Assembly: GCF_900079115.1 (NCBI RefSeq)
Contig: NZ_LT549890.1
Location: 570,001-602,000, forward strand
Direction of reading: 5' to 3'
Origin: Saccharolobus solfataricus
GTDB taxonomy: Archaea > Thermoproteota > Thermoprotei_A > Sulfolobales > Sulfolobaceae
DNA length: 32,000 nucleotides
Below, piece by piece: positions 1 through 12,526 of the stretch. A model generated the notes under the pieces. That model made no database searches. It had not been told where the DNA came from and worked only from the letters and a program-made list of their open reading frames with translations. Both the position numbers and the translations under genes were made by a program. The number at the start of each line of letters is the position of its first letter. Position 1 is the first letter of the stretch.

Positions 1-733
<733 letters not shown>

Positions 734-793
734 TCAAAGAATATGATGCACCGCAATATTTATCTTTTTAAGCTTTAAGTAGTAATAGTACAT

Positions 794-1345
794 GTGACTA
801 GGAGAGATATAATAATATCAATAATATCAGCACTGCCACCGATAATAGGAACTACTATTACATCGTTTATTATGAGTAGAAGATATGGAGATCTAAAAGA
901 AGTAATTAAGTATGTAATAATAGGCTTACCAGTTACCTTAGCTATTACCTATTACTTGATTCTAAACATATTTCCAAAATACGTAGATTACTTAATAGCA
1001 ATTCCCGCGCTTTTACCATTACCAATCTCATTTCTCTTAACTAGAAATAACATTTCAATCAACTATAGTGAAGACTATATTGAGATAAAGTTTAAAATAC
1101 CAATTAATATGACCTCCCATGATCCACATGAATTGTTTAATTATGTATTTAATAAGGCATTAGGTAAAATTAGAAACCCTTATTACCATTATAAATTGTC
1201 TGCAGCTGCAAACTGCTCTGGACTAAAGGTATCTTATCAAAATGAGGATAAGTTAGTAATAAGAAGAAAATGCGGAGATATAGATATTAGAATTATAATC
1301 TCCTCTAAGAAAATAGCTGATATGGTAATAGATATCTCATATTAA
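794..1345 (+). CDS. hypothetical membrane protein (GTG start)
   Basis: 183-aa ORF. The N-terminal half is hydrophobic with about 3 predicted TM helices. No family was recognised. Confidence 0.45.
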
Positions 1346-2197
1346 TTTAATTATTATTATACTTAAAAGTATTAACATTAGGTAAATATTTGAAAATATG
1401 AAGGATTTCATTGCTTCTTCCTTGGTTGGATTAAGTATTAACCTATAAGAAAGAAACAATAATAATGCACTTAAAACAGAAAACACTATAAGCGCTATAA
1501 GGCTAATGTAGTATCCCATCAAAAGTACAATAGGAATCATTAAGGCATTAGAAGTTGCTATTGCCCTTGCAGAAGTAGTTATACCGACCACAGCAGGTAA
1601 CATTGGATAATGAGCGTTAATGTAATCCTCTCTATATTTTAGTGCCAACGACCAGAAATGGCCTGGAGTCCACATAAATATTAGAAAACCTAAAAGAAAT
1701 GCTTCTAAAGTTAAAGAATTAGTTAAAGACGTATAACCAGCCCAAGCTGCAGCACTACCAGCAAATCCACCTATTACTATGTTTAGCCATGTCCTAGGTT
1801 TCAATAGGATCGTATATACGAATACATATATTATTACCCCTAGTGCTATAAAGAAAGCAGTTAAAGCGTTATCTATAAAACCTAATGCTGTACCTAAAAC
1901 TGCTAGAAGTGAGCCCACTACTATAACTTCTTTCCTACTGACATAGCCAACTACTGTAGGTCTATTTGATGTTCTAGACATTACTTTGTCTCTATTTATT
2001 TCTATTCCACTATTAATTATCATTGCACCCATTGACGCTAATGTACCTCCAATAAGCATAGGAATGATTGGTAAAAGTGAAATGCCGTGTTTGTACGCCA
2101 GAAAAGCCCCAGCAATTGCTGCCAAATCAAGAAGACTTACCACACCAAGTTTACCTAATTTTAAATAAGCCTTTATTTTCTGCTGTAAGCTCATCAA
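1337..2197 (-). CDS. ctaB: protoheme IX farnesyltransferase (heme O synthase, UbiA family)
   Basis: 286-aa polytopic membrane protein. It has the UbiA-type motif [15 protein letters not shown] and the overall CtaB/CyoE pattern ([11 protein letters not shown]). Confidence 0.8.
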
Positions 2198-2229
2198 GTT
2201 ACAATTGTATTATAAGAATAAAAAAATTG

Positions 2230-3174
2230 TCATAAACATCCTTCCAATAATAACACTAAATCTGAAAGGGCACCGTATGCAGCATTTATCGGACCTGCAC
2301 CTGGACCTCTAATGATAATCCTCTGTATTTCATTTTGAATTTCTAGTGCATTTTCAACTCCATCTATATAGTATAAGGGATCTTGAGGCCCTATAATTTG
2401 AGGAGAAACTTGAACTACATAGTTATCTGCATAGGCTATTAGTTTTATTTTCTTACCTTCGCTTTTAGCCCTTCTAATCTCCTCATTAGTAATCTCAGTT
2501 ATTCCCTTGAATTTGAAATCACCTAATTTTAGACTTCTGTTCATAATAAAGTTGGATAAAATTGTCAGTTTTGCTGCTGCATCGAATCCATTAAGATCTA
2601 AAGTTGGGTCTTCCTCTGCATAGCCTTTCTCTTTTGCCTCTTTCAAAGCTTCATTAAAACTTAATCCTTCATAAATTCTGGTTAAAATGTAATTTGTAGT
2701 ACCATTAAGAATTCCCCTAATCCTAGAGACTTCAGCCACTGGTTGAATCCTAAAAAGATTAATAGAAGGAGTACCACTCATTACAGTTCCTTGAAATCCA
2801 ATTTTGGCACCAGTTTTCTCAGCAACTTCAAATATCTCTCTAAACTTTAGGGCTAGCGGTGCTTTATTGACTGTTATTACGTGAATTTTTCTTGATAATG
2901 CCTTTATATAAGCACTAACAGATGGCTCACCGTCTTTATAATTAGGTACTGACATATCGACTATTACATCAGGGTTTATATAATCAATCGCCTCTAAGAC
3001 AGTCAATTGCTTATCTGGAGAAAAATTCTCCTTATCTCCGACCATTAGTCCTTGCCTAGTTATTATTCCTGCAATCTCAACACCTTGCAATATTGGATAG
3101 TTATCTTTCTTTTCATGTAATAGCCTTCTAAATGCCTTTCCAACATTACCATATCCAATTAAAAGTAACTTCAT
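2230..3174 (-). CDS. hom: homoserine dehydrogenase
   Basis: N-terminal Rossmann motif LIGYGNVGKA, plus GILNGTTNYILT and AEEDPTLDLNGFDAAAKLTILSN, which are characteristic homoserine dehydrogenase motifs. Confidence 0.9.
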   Translation of the reverse strand: MKLLLIGYGNVGKAFRRLLHEKKDNYPILQGVEIAGIITRQGLMVGDKENFSPDKQLTVLEAIDYINPDVIVDMSVPNYKDGEPSVSAYIKALSRKIHVITVNKAPLALKFREIFEVAEKTGAKIGFQGTVMSGTPSINLFRIQPVAEVSRIRGILNGTTNYILTRIYEGLSFNEALKEAKEKGYAEEDPTLDLNGFDAAAKLTILSNFIMNRSLKLGDFKFKGITEITNEEIRRAKSEGKKIKLIAYADNYVVQVSPQIIGPQDPLYYIDGVENALEIQNEIQRIIIRGPGAGPINAAYGALSDLVLLLEGCL

Positions 3175-3845
3175 CTAATCACCATAGTATTATATTCTCT
3201 CTTTCCATTACACACTTTTTCTAATAAATCTGCTACACGATCTACTGCATACTTGACCAGATTTTCATCAATATTAGGGACTCCAGCTCCAATTATAACA
3301 ACGTTTTTAACGTTTAAGGTTATACTAGTCAAGACTGAATCTCTATGAGGATATATGTGAAGAACCTTACCTTCATCATCAACTAGTATTGGTATTCCCT
3401 TGTCTAGTTTTTCCTTTTTTTTACCTAACCCTAAAAACTCTTCATTACCCTTAGACATGACCAAATGCAAATCACCTACGATCTTATCCCTATCATATAA
3501 ACCTATGGGAACTAAAGTTTCGGCACTCACTATGTTTCCTATGTCAACAACTATATTAATTCTAGGAAGTTTATTCCCTCTAGCTAATCTCCTTCTAAGA
3601 GCCTCACCACTAGGCCTAGTTTTAGTTGGATCTATCCCTATCCTCCAATAGAAGTCCCTATAAGCCCTAACTACTGGGTCATTTCTTAAGGACTCTACAT
3701 CTTGAGAAGCATACTTTTCTTCAAGATTTCTAATTATATCATCCAACGTATCTAGAGGTCTTTTAGCGTCTACATTACTCACTTCAGTCATTGCTACAAA
3801 AACCCCTAGCCTTCTAACATCCTCAGAAATACTAAGTCTTTTCAT
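3171..3845 (-). CDS. B3/B4 (PheT-like) tRNA-binding domain protein
   Basis: 224 aa. The segment LPRINIVVDIGNIVSAETLVPIGLYD resembles the B3_4 domain core. Its stop overlaps the hom start (ATGA). Confidence 0.55.
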   Translation of the reverse strand: MKRLSISEDVRRLGVFVAMTEVSNVDAKRPLDTLDDIIRNLEEKYASQDVESLRNDPVVRAYRDFYWRIGIDPTKTRPSGEALRRRLARGNKLPRINIVVDIGNIVSAETLVPIGLYDRDKIVGDLHLVMSKGNEEFLGLGKKKEKLDKGIPILVDDEGKVLHIYPHRDSVLTSITLNVKNVVIIGAGVPNIDENLVKYAVDRVADLLEKVCNGKREYNTMVIR

Positions 3846-4233
3846 AAGGAAAAGATATTAATAGCCTGGCTTTAAGGATTCCCCTAATTTGGCCTAATTT
3901 ATTGTTTAACTCAACAAGCTTCCTTTTCTCTCCCTTTACAGCTATGGCCTCTATACATATCTTTTCACTAACGTGTAAGTGCAATGTAGAAATTATACTA
4001 TCGTTATATTCATGCTGAATTTCAGTTAACGCTTCAGATGCTTCCTCATGATCATATACCAGATTTATAATACCATAGATGATCTCATTGCCGTCCCTAT
4101 TCTCATCTAGATAATTCCTCAAAGCTATCTGAAAGATCTTGGATCTATCGGGTATACCTTTTCGTATAATGAAATCCTCTAGTTCCCTATAAAGTTCTTT
4201 TGGCAAAGATATACTTATCTTTTCAGCGCTCAT
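3832..4233 (-). CDS. nikR: NikR-type ribbon-helix-helix metal-responsive regulator
   Basis: N-terminal RHH (KISISLPKELYRELEDFI). The C-terminal domain carries HLHVSEKIC (HxHx5C), which matches the NikR nickel-site pattern. The 133-aa size fits NikR. Confidence 0.7.
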   Translation of the reverse strand: MSAEKISISLPKELYRELEDFIIRKGIPDRSKIFQIALRNYLDENRDGNEIIYGIINLVYDHEEASEALTEIQHEYNDSIISTLHLHVSEKICIEAIAVKGEKRKLVELNNKLGQIRGILKARLLISFPYEKT

Positions 4234-4267
4234 TGATATTATATACTCAAGAGAGTATTAAAGTAAT

Positions 4268-5599
4268 ATGTTTAAATACATTAAAAAAGCTGAAGAGCTA
4301 GGAGCCAGTTTTGCCGATATTAGATACGAAAGAGTAATAGCAAATGAAGTAACCATTACAGAGGATAGAAAATACGTAAGTCACGGAGTAGATGAAGGTT
4401 ATTCGATTAGAGTAATTTATAATAGAAATTGGGGATTTAAAGCAACTGATAAGATTACTGAAAACGAGATAGAGGATACCATAAATCACATATATGGTGA
4501 CGAAAGAGTTAACATCGTATATTTGCCTTCAAAACATGATACTATAAAAATTGGTAAGGATATTAACAAAAATGAAGAGGAAAAAATCAACGATTTGCAC
4601 AAAGTCGCGAGCCAAGTTAATACCCTTCATCCTAGTATAAAATCATATTCCATAAAATATTATGATGAAATTTTTCATAAGGAATATTATAGTTCAGAGG
4701 ATAGAGAAATAATAGCTGATGGGAGCTCCTCTAGTTTATCTATTTTAGTTGTTGCAAGGGAAGGAGATGTAACTGTTGAGGTGTCAGAGATATTAAGCAC
4801 TCAAATGGGTTATATATTTGACGTTTTTGATATAAATCAAGTATTAGCTAATCTTCAGAAGAGAATCATAAATCAATTAAAGGGAAGTACACCTAAAGCT
4901 GGTGAGTATCCAGTAATTTTAGCTCCAGAGGTAGTAGGGATTTTTACACATGAGGCTATAGGGCATTTGAGTGAGGCTGATGTAACATTAAACGGATCGC
5001 TATATAAATTAAGGAACAAGAGAATAGGAGATGAGTTCTTAAACATCTCTGACCTTCCCGCTATGGATCATCCTCAGTCTAGTCTCGTATATTATGACGA
5101 TGAAGGAGTTGAGGGAAGAGAGGTAAAAATTATCGAGAATGGTATTCTAAAAGAGTTTATGACTGATAGATACTATTCAGCATATCTGGGGCAACCTCCT
5201 ACTGGAAACGCTAGGGCACAAAGCTATAGAAACTTCTCATTAATCAGAATGAGAAACACTTACATGAAGCCTGGGGACGCTAGTTTAAATGAATTATTTG
5301 AAGGAATAAAGGAAGGATATTATTTGGTTTCACCTATAGGTGGTGAAACGAGTAGTAATGGTACGTTTCAGTTTGCAATTCAAGAAGGTTATAGAGTAGA
5401 AAACAGCGAGATAAAAGAACCATTAAGAAATATTGGGATTTCTGGCAATACAATAAGTACTCTAAACGCGATTGAGATGATTTCTAAGGATTTTGGAATG
5501 TCTTCAGGCTTTTGTGAAAAGAATGGGCAAACAGTTCAAGTTAGTAATGGAGGTCCACATATTAAAGTGAAAAAGCTTAAGGTGGGAGGCTATGTATGA
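4268..5599 (+). CDS. tldD: TldD-family metalloprotease
   Basis: 443 aa with the HEAIGH (HExxxH) zinc motif and the C-terminal GGPHIKV-type TldD/PmbA signature. Confidence 0.85.
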   Translation: MFKYIKKAEELGASFADIRYERVIANEVTITEDRKYVSHGVDEGYSIRVIYNRNWGFKATDKITENEIEDTINHIYGDERVNIVYLPSKHDTIKIGKDINKNEEEKINDLHKVASQVNTLHPSIKSYSIKYYDEIFHKEYYSSEDREIIADGSSSSLSILVVAREGDVTVEVSEILSTQMGYIFDVFDINQVLANLQKRIINQLKGSTPKAGEYPVILAPEVVGIFTHEAIGHLSEADVTLNGSLYKLRNKRIGDEFLNISDLPAMDHPQSSLVYYDDEGVEGREVKIIENGILKEFMTDRYYSAYLGQPPTGNARAQSYRNFSLIRMRNTYMKPGDASLNELFEGIKEGYYLVSPIGGETSSNGTFQFAIQEGYRVENSEIKEPLRNIGISGNTISTLNAIEMISKDFGMSSGFCEKNGQTVQVSNGGPHIKVKKLKVGGYV

Positions 5600-6842
5600 A
5601 AGACTAATCTCAAGAGCTAAAGCTATGGGGATCTCGTTAGAAATTTTTTCTGTTAAAATGAGAGAATATACTATAGCTAAAGATAAGTTCTACGTTCCAA
5701 TTATTGTGGAAGAGACAGGCTATGGGATAAGGCTAATTGATGAGAAATATAGGATCGGTTATATATACACTAAAAAACTTAACGATAACGTGTTAGAAGA
5801 AGCCTTAAAAATAGCCAAATTGGGAGAATCGGATAAGGCTAATATATTGCCATCGAAACAACCAGTAAAAAGAATTAATGAGAATCAAATAAATGAGGAT
5901 GTAGTACAAGATACAATTAAAGATCTAATAGAATTAGAGGAAAAGGTAAATCTTACTTCGGCTTCAGCATCTGCAATAAACTATGAGGTTTCTATATTCA
6001 ATACTGAAGGAGTTGAGGTGAGTGAAAAACGAGGAGTACTTTCAGTACAAGCTTCAGCTAATGATGGCAATAATTCCCCAGAAATTTATGAATATCTAAT
6101 AAAAAGAGATTCAAAGATATCGCTTGAAAAATTAAAAGCGTCAATAATTGAGAAGGTAAAAATAATGAAGAAAAAAGAGAGAATAGATCCCAAAGGATAT
6201 GATGTAACTTTTACACAAAAGGCATTAGACTCGTTATTTTCATCATTATTCCCATCGCTGTTTTCTGCTAGAAACTTCTATAAGGAAACTAGTCCATTTA
6301 AGTTAGGAGAACTAGTAAATGAGAATCTAGAAATAATTGATGATCCTTTGAACCAATCATTACCTTTTAGTAGATCTTTTGACGATGAGGGAAATCCATC
6401 AAGAGTGAGTAAAGTTATAGAAAGTGGTTTAGTGAAGAGACCATTAACTAACACTTACTGGGCTACAAGAATGTCTGTCGAAAATACCAGTTCAGCATCG
6501 AGAAATCTAGATTGGGTAGTTCCTTCATATTTCATACCGCCTCATGTAGATTTTTCAAACATAATTTTTGACTATAAAAACACTGAATCTAATATTGAGG
6601 AAAATAGCGTAATTGTGGATCAGCTAGAAGGGATAGATACTGCAGATTTAAGTTCAGGTAACTTCAGCCTTGTAGCAAATGTAAGTTGGCTAAATAGAAA
6701 AGATGAGAAAATAGGACTAGAAGAACTGCTAATTACTGGAAATCTTAAGCAGTTGCTCAAAAATATTGTGAGTACTTCCAAAAATATTGAGAACTATGGA
6801 AAAGTAGTCAGTGGAAAATTAAAGGTAAGAGGTCTTTCATTA

Positions 6843-6851
<9 letters not shown>
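5592..6851 (+). CDS. pmbA: PmbA/TldE-family protein (partner of TldD)
   Basis: 419 aa. Its start overlaps the tldD stop. It resembles the TldD/PmbA fold (DDEGNPS...) but lacks HExxxH, as expected for PmbA. Confidence 0.7.
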
Positions 6852-8604
<1,753 letters not shown>

Positions 8605-8681
8605 TTAACAAGAAAATATACTTGTCGATGATGAGTCAAGAAAAATGATTTGATGATTTTTGAGGTGATCTCTGAATAAAG

Positions 8682-8690
8682 TTATTTAAA
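8682..8690 (+). promoter_or_regulatory. TATA-box-like element upstream of nuoB
   Basis: TTATTTAAA is centred about 29 nt upstream of the ATG at 8715. That spacing fits a leaderless or near-leaderless Sulfolobales transcript. Confidence 0.4.
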
Positions 8691-8714
8691 GGAGTAGGAA
8701 AAGAGTGTATAGGA

Positions 8715-9227
8715 ATGACAGAACAGACTATTTTAATGGGTAATTTAAATGAAGTAGCTAAAAAGGCGGCTCAATGGCTAATTAATAGGAAACCCATCAA
8801 ATCGATAATTGATTGGGGAATTTCATTTTCTTTATGGCCACCTCACTTTACTACATCTTGTTGTGGTACGGAATTTGGAGCTTTCGCAGCTGCAAGATTT
8901 GATGCAGAGAGATATGGGATGTTGCCATTCTCCTCTGCTAGACAATCAAATATACTTATACTGGAAGGTACGCTAAGTAGAAAAATGGGTAGAGCAGCGA
9001 GAATTGTTTATGACCAGATGCCAGAACCAAAATACGTTATCGCCCTTGGAGCGTGTATACTCGAAGGAGGAATCTTTTGGAATTCTTATAATACCGTGCT
9101 TCCCTCAGATATTGGAATACCAGTTGATTTATACGTTCCGGGATGCCCAATAAGGCCAGAGGCTGTAGCTAGAGCAGTATTAATGTTACAGAAGAAGATA
9201 AGAACTCAAGGAGCCCTTAAGACATAA
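8715..9227 (+). CDS. nuoB: NADH-quinone oxidoreductase subunit B (NuoB / 20 kDa, N2 cluster) homolog
   Basis: CCGTEF, GACILEGGIF and PGCPIRPE supply the four NuoB-type Cys ligands. No other nuo genes lie adjacent. Confidence 0.85.
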   Translation: MTEQTILMGNLNEVAKKAAQWLINRKPIKSIIDWGISFSLWPPHFTTSCCGTEFGAFAAARFDAERYGMLPFSSARQSNILILEGTLSRKMGRAARIVYDQMPEPKYVIALGACILEGGIFWNSYNTVLPSDIGIPVDLYVPGCPIRPEAVARAVLMLQKKIRTQGALKT

Positions 9228-10408
9228 ATGTTATTTACATTAGTGTGAGTATATCCTGTTTTTATAACAGCTTTATGGCTTTCTAGCAATCCATAGCTAT
9301 TATGAGTCTCCAATGCATTATTTATCTCATCCTCTCTTATTTCCATGTCAGAACTGACCTTACAACCAGCATATTCTGAGTTACCGTCGATCCCATCAGT
9401 AGCGAAACCTAAAAGTTCAAATCTATTTCTTTTTTTAGCATATTTAAGGAAAGATAAACATACCTCTCCATTCCTTCCACCTTTCCCTGCCTTTCCTTGA
9501 ATTGTAACTTCAGGCTCTCCACCAACCAATAAATAGTAAGGTCTCCTAAAAGGTATATTGTAGCTCTCTGATGAATTATAAATCGAGGCGATAATAGCTC
9601 CAACATCTCTCGCCTCTCCTCTGATTTCAGAAGTAAGAATGAAAGAGTTCACCAGAGTATTCGCAAGCTTCCTAAGCACCTCCATGTTATCTAAAATTAT
9701 GTAATTTTTTACGATTCTAGAGAAACTCTTAGGAGTCTCTGTTAAATACTTAGAGTATTTCTCCAACCCTATAGCTTTTAAAATTTCTAACGCATCATCA
9801 TTACTAGAATTATCAATACTAGTAAGACCACTCCCAATACTACTAATGTCATTACCTGGGACATCACTAACAATAAATGATACTATAGGGATTTTATCTT
9901 TTACATATTCAAGTATTTTACCACCTTTTACCTTAGATAGATGTTTCCTTACTATATTTATTTTATTAATCCCCAATCCAGAGGTTACGAGCACCTTGTT
10001 AATTATTTTTAACTCATCTAAGGGTATTTCAGAATACTCAACTAGTGCAGATGCACCCCCAGAAATTGCAAATATTACTAAATCGTAGTCTTCATTAGCT
10101 AGTAACTCTATCATCCTTTTCCCAGCCTTTATGCTGTTCTCGTCTGGCAAAGGGTGGCCAGCTTCTATAACATCATTTTCTTTTCCGTTAGTACCCTTTG
10201 GTGTCACTATTAATTTAGCCTTTAGCTCCATCCTCTCTCTGAAGAATCTCGCCATAGGTAGAGAGGCTTTCCCTATTGAAATTAGTATAGGTTTTTTAAA
10301 TGGAATCTTTTCGTTGTTAAATAGAAGAATATTATTATATACCCTAACTTTCTCTTGTAAAGCCTTATAGGGATCTGTATACTCTAATATCTTATCAACA
10401 ATATCCAT
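9206..10408 (-). CDS. glycerate 2-kinase (MOFRL family)
   Basis: ISGGASALV, GGEPEVTIQGKAGKGGRNGE and ATDGIDG are typical of the glycerate kinase / hydroxypyruvate reductase-like MOFRL family. Confidence 0.8.
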   Translation of the reverse strand: MDIVDKILEYTDPYKALQEKVRVYNNILLFNNEKIPFKKPILISIGKASLPMARFFRERMELKAKLIVTPKGTNGKENDVIEAGHPLPDENSIKAGKRMIELLANEDYDLVIFAISGGASALVEYSEIPLDELKIINKVLVTSGLGINKINIVRKHLSKVKGGKILEYVKDKIPIVSFIVSDVPGNDISSIGSGLTSIDNSSNDDALEILKAIGLEKYSKYLTETPKSFSRIVKNYIILDNMEVLRKLANTLVNSFILTSEIRGEARDVGAIIASIYNSSESYNIPFRRPYYLLVGGEPEVTIQGKAGKGGRNGEVCLSFLKYAKKRNRFELLGFATDGIDGNSEYAGCKVSSDMEIREDEINNALETHNSYGLLESHKAVIKTGYTHTNVNNIYVLRAP

Positions 10409-10410
10409 AA

Positions 10411-10749
10411 TTATCCATTCTCTTTTCTATATTCCTTATATAATAAGGATGCTACTTTTCTTCCCTCTTTACTTAGGTCATAATAAATTCCGTTGGGCTT
10501 ATGATCTAGTTCTCTAGCTTTAACTTTTAACCACGGCTTTATAGATGACGTTACAGATTTTTTTAGTGAACCTTTAAATCTAATCAAATATCCCAGTTCT
10601 TCTAGTTTTTTACAAGCTTCTTCTATTTGAGCCATATCGTATTTTGCTATCCATCCGCTTTCTCCTAAAAGTCTCCTCGCCATGTACCAAGGATTATCAG
10701 GACCGTATTTGTAAATATGAATTAAGATTTTTTTCATCAATTCATCCAA
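10411..10749 (-). CDS. hypothetical protein, possible winged-helix DNA-binding
   Basis: 112-aa ORF with a wHTH-like pattern ([20 protein letters not shown]...[10 protein letters not shown]). It overlaps the stop of the upstream DtxR gene. Confidence 0.45.
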   Translation of the reverse strand: MDELMKKILIHIYKYGPDNPWYMARRLLGESGWIAKYDMAQIEEACKKLEELGYLIRFKGSLKKSVTSSIKPWLKVKARELDHKPNGIYYDLSKEGRKVASLLYKEYRKENG

Positions 10750-11380
10750 TTACTAGCACCTGGTCGCCAATTACTTTGCTAACTTCCTCTATTTCCTCCC
10801 CTATCTTAATTTTTATATCAGTGCCATTATTTTCTATAACTTCAAGTACTACCCCGGGTTTTAATCCTAGCCGTGTAGCCTCTCTCAAAATCCATTCTTC
10901 CTCTCTTACTATCATTACAACCTTATACTTACCAGCAATATTTATTTCAGATAGTTTCTTTCCACTCACTTTTATCCTATTTCCTATTGGATGTCCATGA
11001 GGACAAGTTGTGGGATAACCAAGTAATCTATCTATTCTCTCCAATATATCATCTGGCCAAATGTGTTCTAGCCTGTGTGCTAACTCGTGAGCTCTTATCC
11101 AGTCAACCCCAACTATGTCCGTTAATAAACGTTCACTAAGTCTATGAGACTTAATTAGTCTTTCCGCAATTCTCTTTCCCTCTTCAGTTAACTTTATTTT
11201 TCTATCATTAGTTCTCTCTACCAATCCTAATTTTTCCAATTTGTTTAACGCTTTACTTATTGTTCCTGGTGAAATGTTAAAAATAGAAATTAATTCTGAC
11301 ACTTTAGCACTACCCTTAATTTCCTCTATCTCATACATCTCTTTTAAGTAATTTTCTAAAGGTTCCGAAAGTTCAACCAT
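10742..11380 (-). CDS. DtxR/MntR-family metal-dependent transcriptional repressor with C-terminal FeoA/SH3-like domain
   Basis: N-terminal wHTH ([28 protein letters not shown]) and a metal-site region ([30 protein letters not shown]). Confidence 0.85.
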   Translation of the reverse strand: MVELSEPLENYLKEMYEIEEIKGSAKVSELISIFNISPGTISKALNKLEKLGLVERTNDRKIKLTEEGKRIAERLIKSHRLSERLLTDIVGVDWIRAHELAHRLEHIWPDDILERIDRLLGYPTTCPHGHPIGNRIKVSGKKLSEINIAGKYKVVMIVREEEWILREATRLGLKPGVVLEVIENNGTDIKIKIGEEIEEVSKVIGDQVLVIG

Positions 11381-11384
11381 ATGT

Positions 11385-11621
11385 TTATATTGTGACTCTT
11401 GTTTTTATACTCTCAACAAGGTTTGATGCTCTTTCATCCTTAGCGAAAACTTCTATTAATGCGTTTACCGTTTTTCCGCTTATACCTTCCTTTTGTAGAG
11501 TTAACTTTATTTTATAAATGGCTTCATCAACTGCTGCAGATATATGATCGTGTAATTTAGTTTCTATCTCAAAACCATATACCTTAGCTATTGCATAAAA
11601 CTTCTGTAGCTCAGACCCCAT
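11385..11621 (-). CDS. hypothetical small protein
   Basis: 78-aa ORF co-oriented with and 4 nt upstream of the DtxR gene. No family was recognised. Confidence 0.4.
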   Translation of the reverse strand: MGSELQKFYAIAKVYGFEIETKLHDHISAAVDEAIYKIKLTLQKEGISGKTVNALIEVFAKDERASNLVESIKTRVTI

Positions 11622-11717
11622 TTCACTATAACTTTATCCTCAAATCAAAAATAAATCTTAGGTTCTAACTACGAACAACCAAAATATTAATATAAAAATT
11701 TATCAATATAATTAACT

Positions 11718-12137
11718 GTGTACAAGGTCATTTTTAGAATTAAAGGAGGATATGGAACATCATTTAGAGAATTAAGACAAGCTGGCTTCACTCCAATTTA
11801 TTTTAGAAGAGATAAAGGTGAGGAATACTATGTAACTATATTTACGGGTAAAGATTTGAGTGAGGTAAAGGAGGCAATTCTAGACTTATCTTACTATTTG
11901 TCTAAATGGGGGAAATATGGTGATCATAACTTCGCAACAATATATGAAGTAAAGAATCAAAATTTAGGCAAGGTAGCCGGAGGTGCACTAGGTGCACTTG
12001 CAGGATATTATCTTGGCGGATTGGCTGGACTAGTCATAGGTGCACTTGGGGGAATATTTTTAGGTGAGTTAGTAGATATTGAAATGGGAGAAAAATTAGT
12101 TGGTGTTTTGGGATGGCCCATGTCAATAAGCAGATAA
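11718..12137 (+). CDS. hypothetical protein with C-terminal glycine-zipper membrane segment (GTG start)
   Basis: 139 aa with GGALGALAGYYLGGLAGLVIGALGGIFLG, a run of repeated GxxxG. An A/T-rich TATA-like stretch lies about 25-30 nt upstream. Confidence 0.45.
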   Translation: MYKVIFRIKGGYGTSFRELRQAGFTPIYFRRDKGEEYYVTIFTGKDLSEVKEAILDLSYYLSKWGKYGDHNFATIYEVKNQNLGKVAGGALGALAGYYLGGLAGLVIGALGGIFLGELVDIEMGEKLVGVLGWPMSISR

Positions 12138-12526
12138 GAAAGAGGCTTGTAAGCATATCACTAGGGATATTATTATTAACGACTTCGATATTTTTACTCA
12201 TAAAGACTGGAATAAATAGCGAACAATTACAGTCAGCATTATTTTTTGGAATAAGTCCCATTCTATTCTATATGTTGGGAATCATATTCGGACTAGAAAG
12301 GATAGTATTTGGGGTAACCGGGAGTGAAAAATTATTTAGATTATTAGCAGGTGATGGTGAGCTCTATTATACCGCTCTCCTAGGAGTATTTTTCATATTC
12401 ATAATTTCCGGAGTACTAATTCTAGCATACACACCATTAATAGCTGGAATTATTGAAAAAGTATTAGAGCTCATCAATGGATTAAGTTTCTTTGCTCTTT
12501 CGGCGACATTGTTTATGAGATCTTAA
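12113..12526 (+). CDS. hypothetical integral membrane protein
   Basis: 137 aa with about 4 hydrophobic helices. It overlaps the end of the preceding ORF. Confidence 0.45.
   Translation: MAHVNKQIRKRLVSISLGILLLTTSIFLLIKTGINSEQLQSALFFGISPILFYMLGIIFGLERIVFGVTGSEKLFRLLAGDGELYYTALLGVFFIFIISGVLILAYTPLIAGIIEKVLELINGLSFFALSATLFMRS

Noticed and set aside
8662-8669. GAGGTGAT as a ribosome-binding site for an unannotated small gene
   Set aside because: No ATG, GTG or TTG follows within a usable 4-10 nt spacing, and the downstream frame hits TAA quickly. It is kept only as part of the C/D-box sRNA hypothesis.
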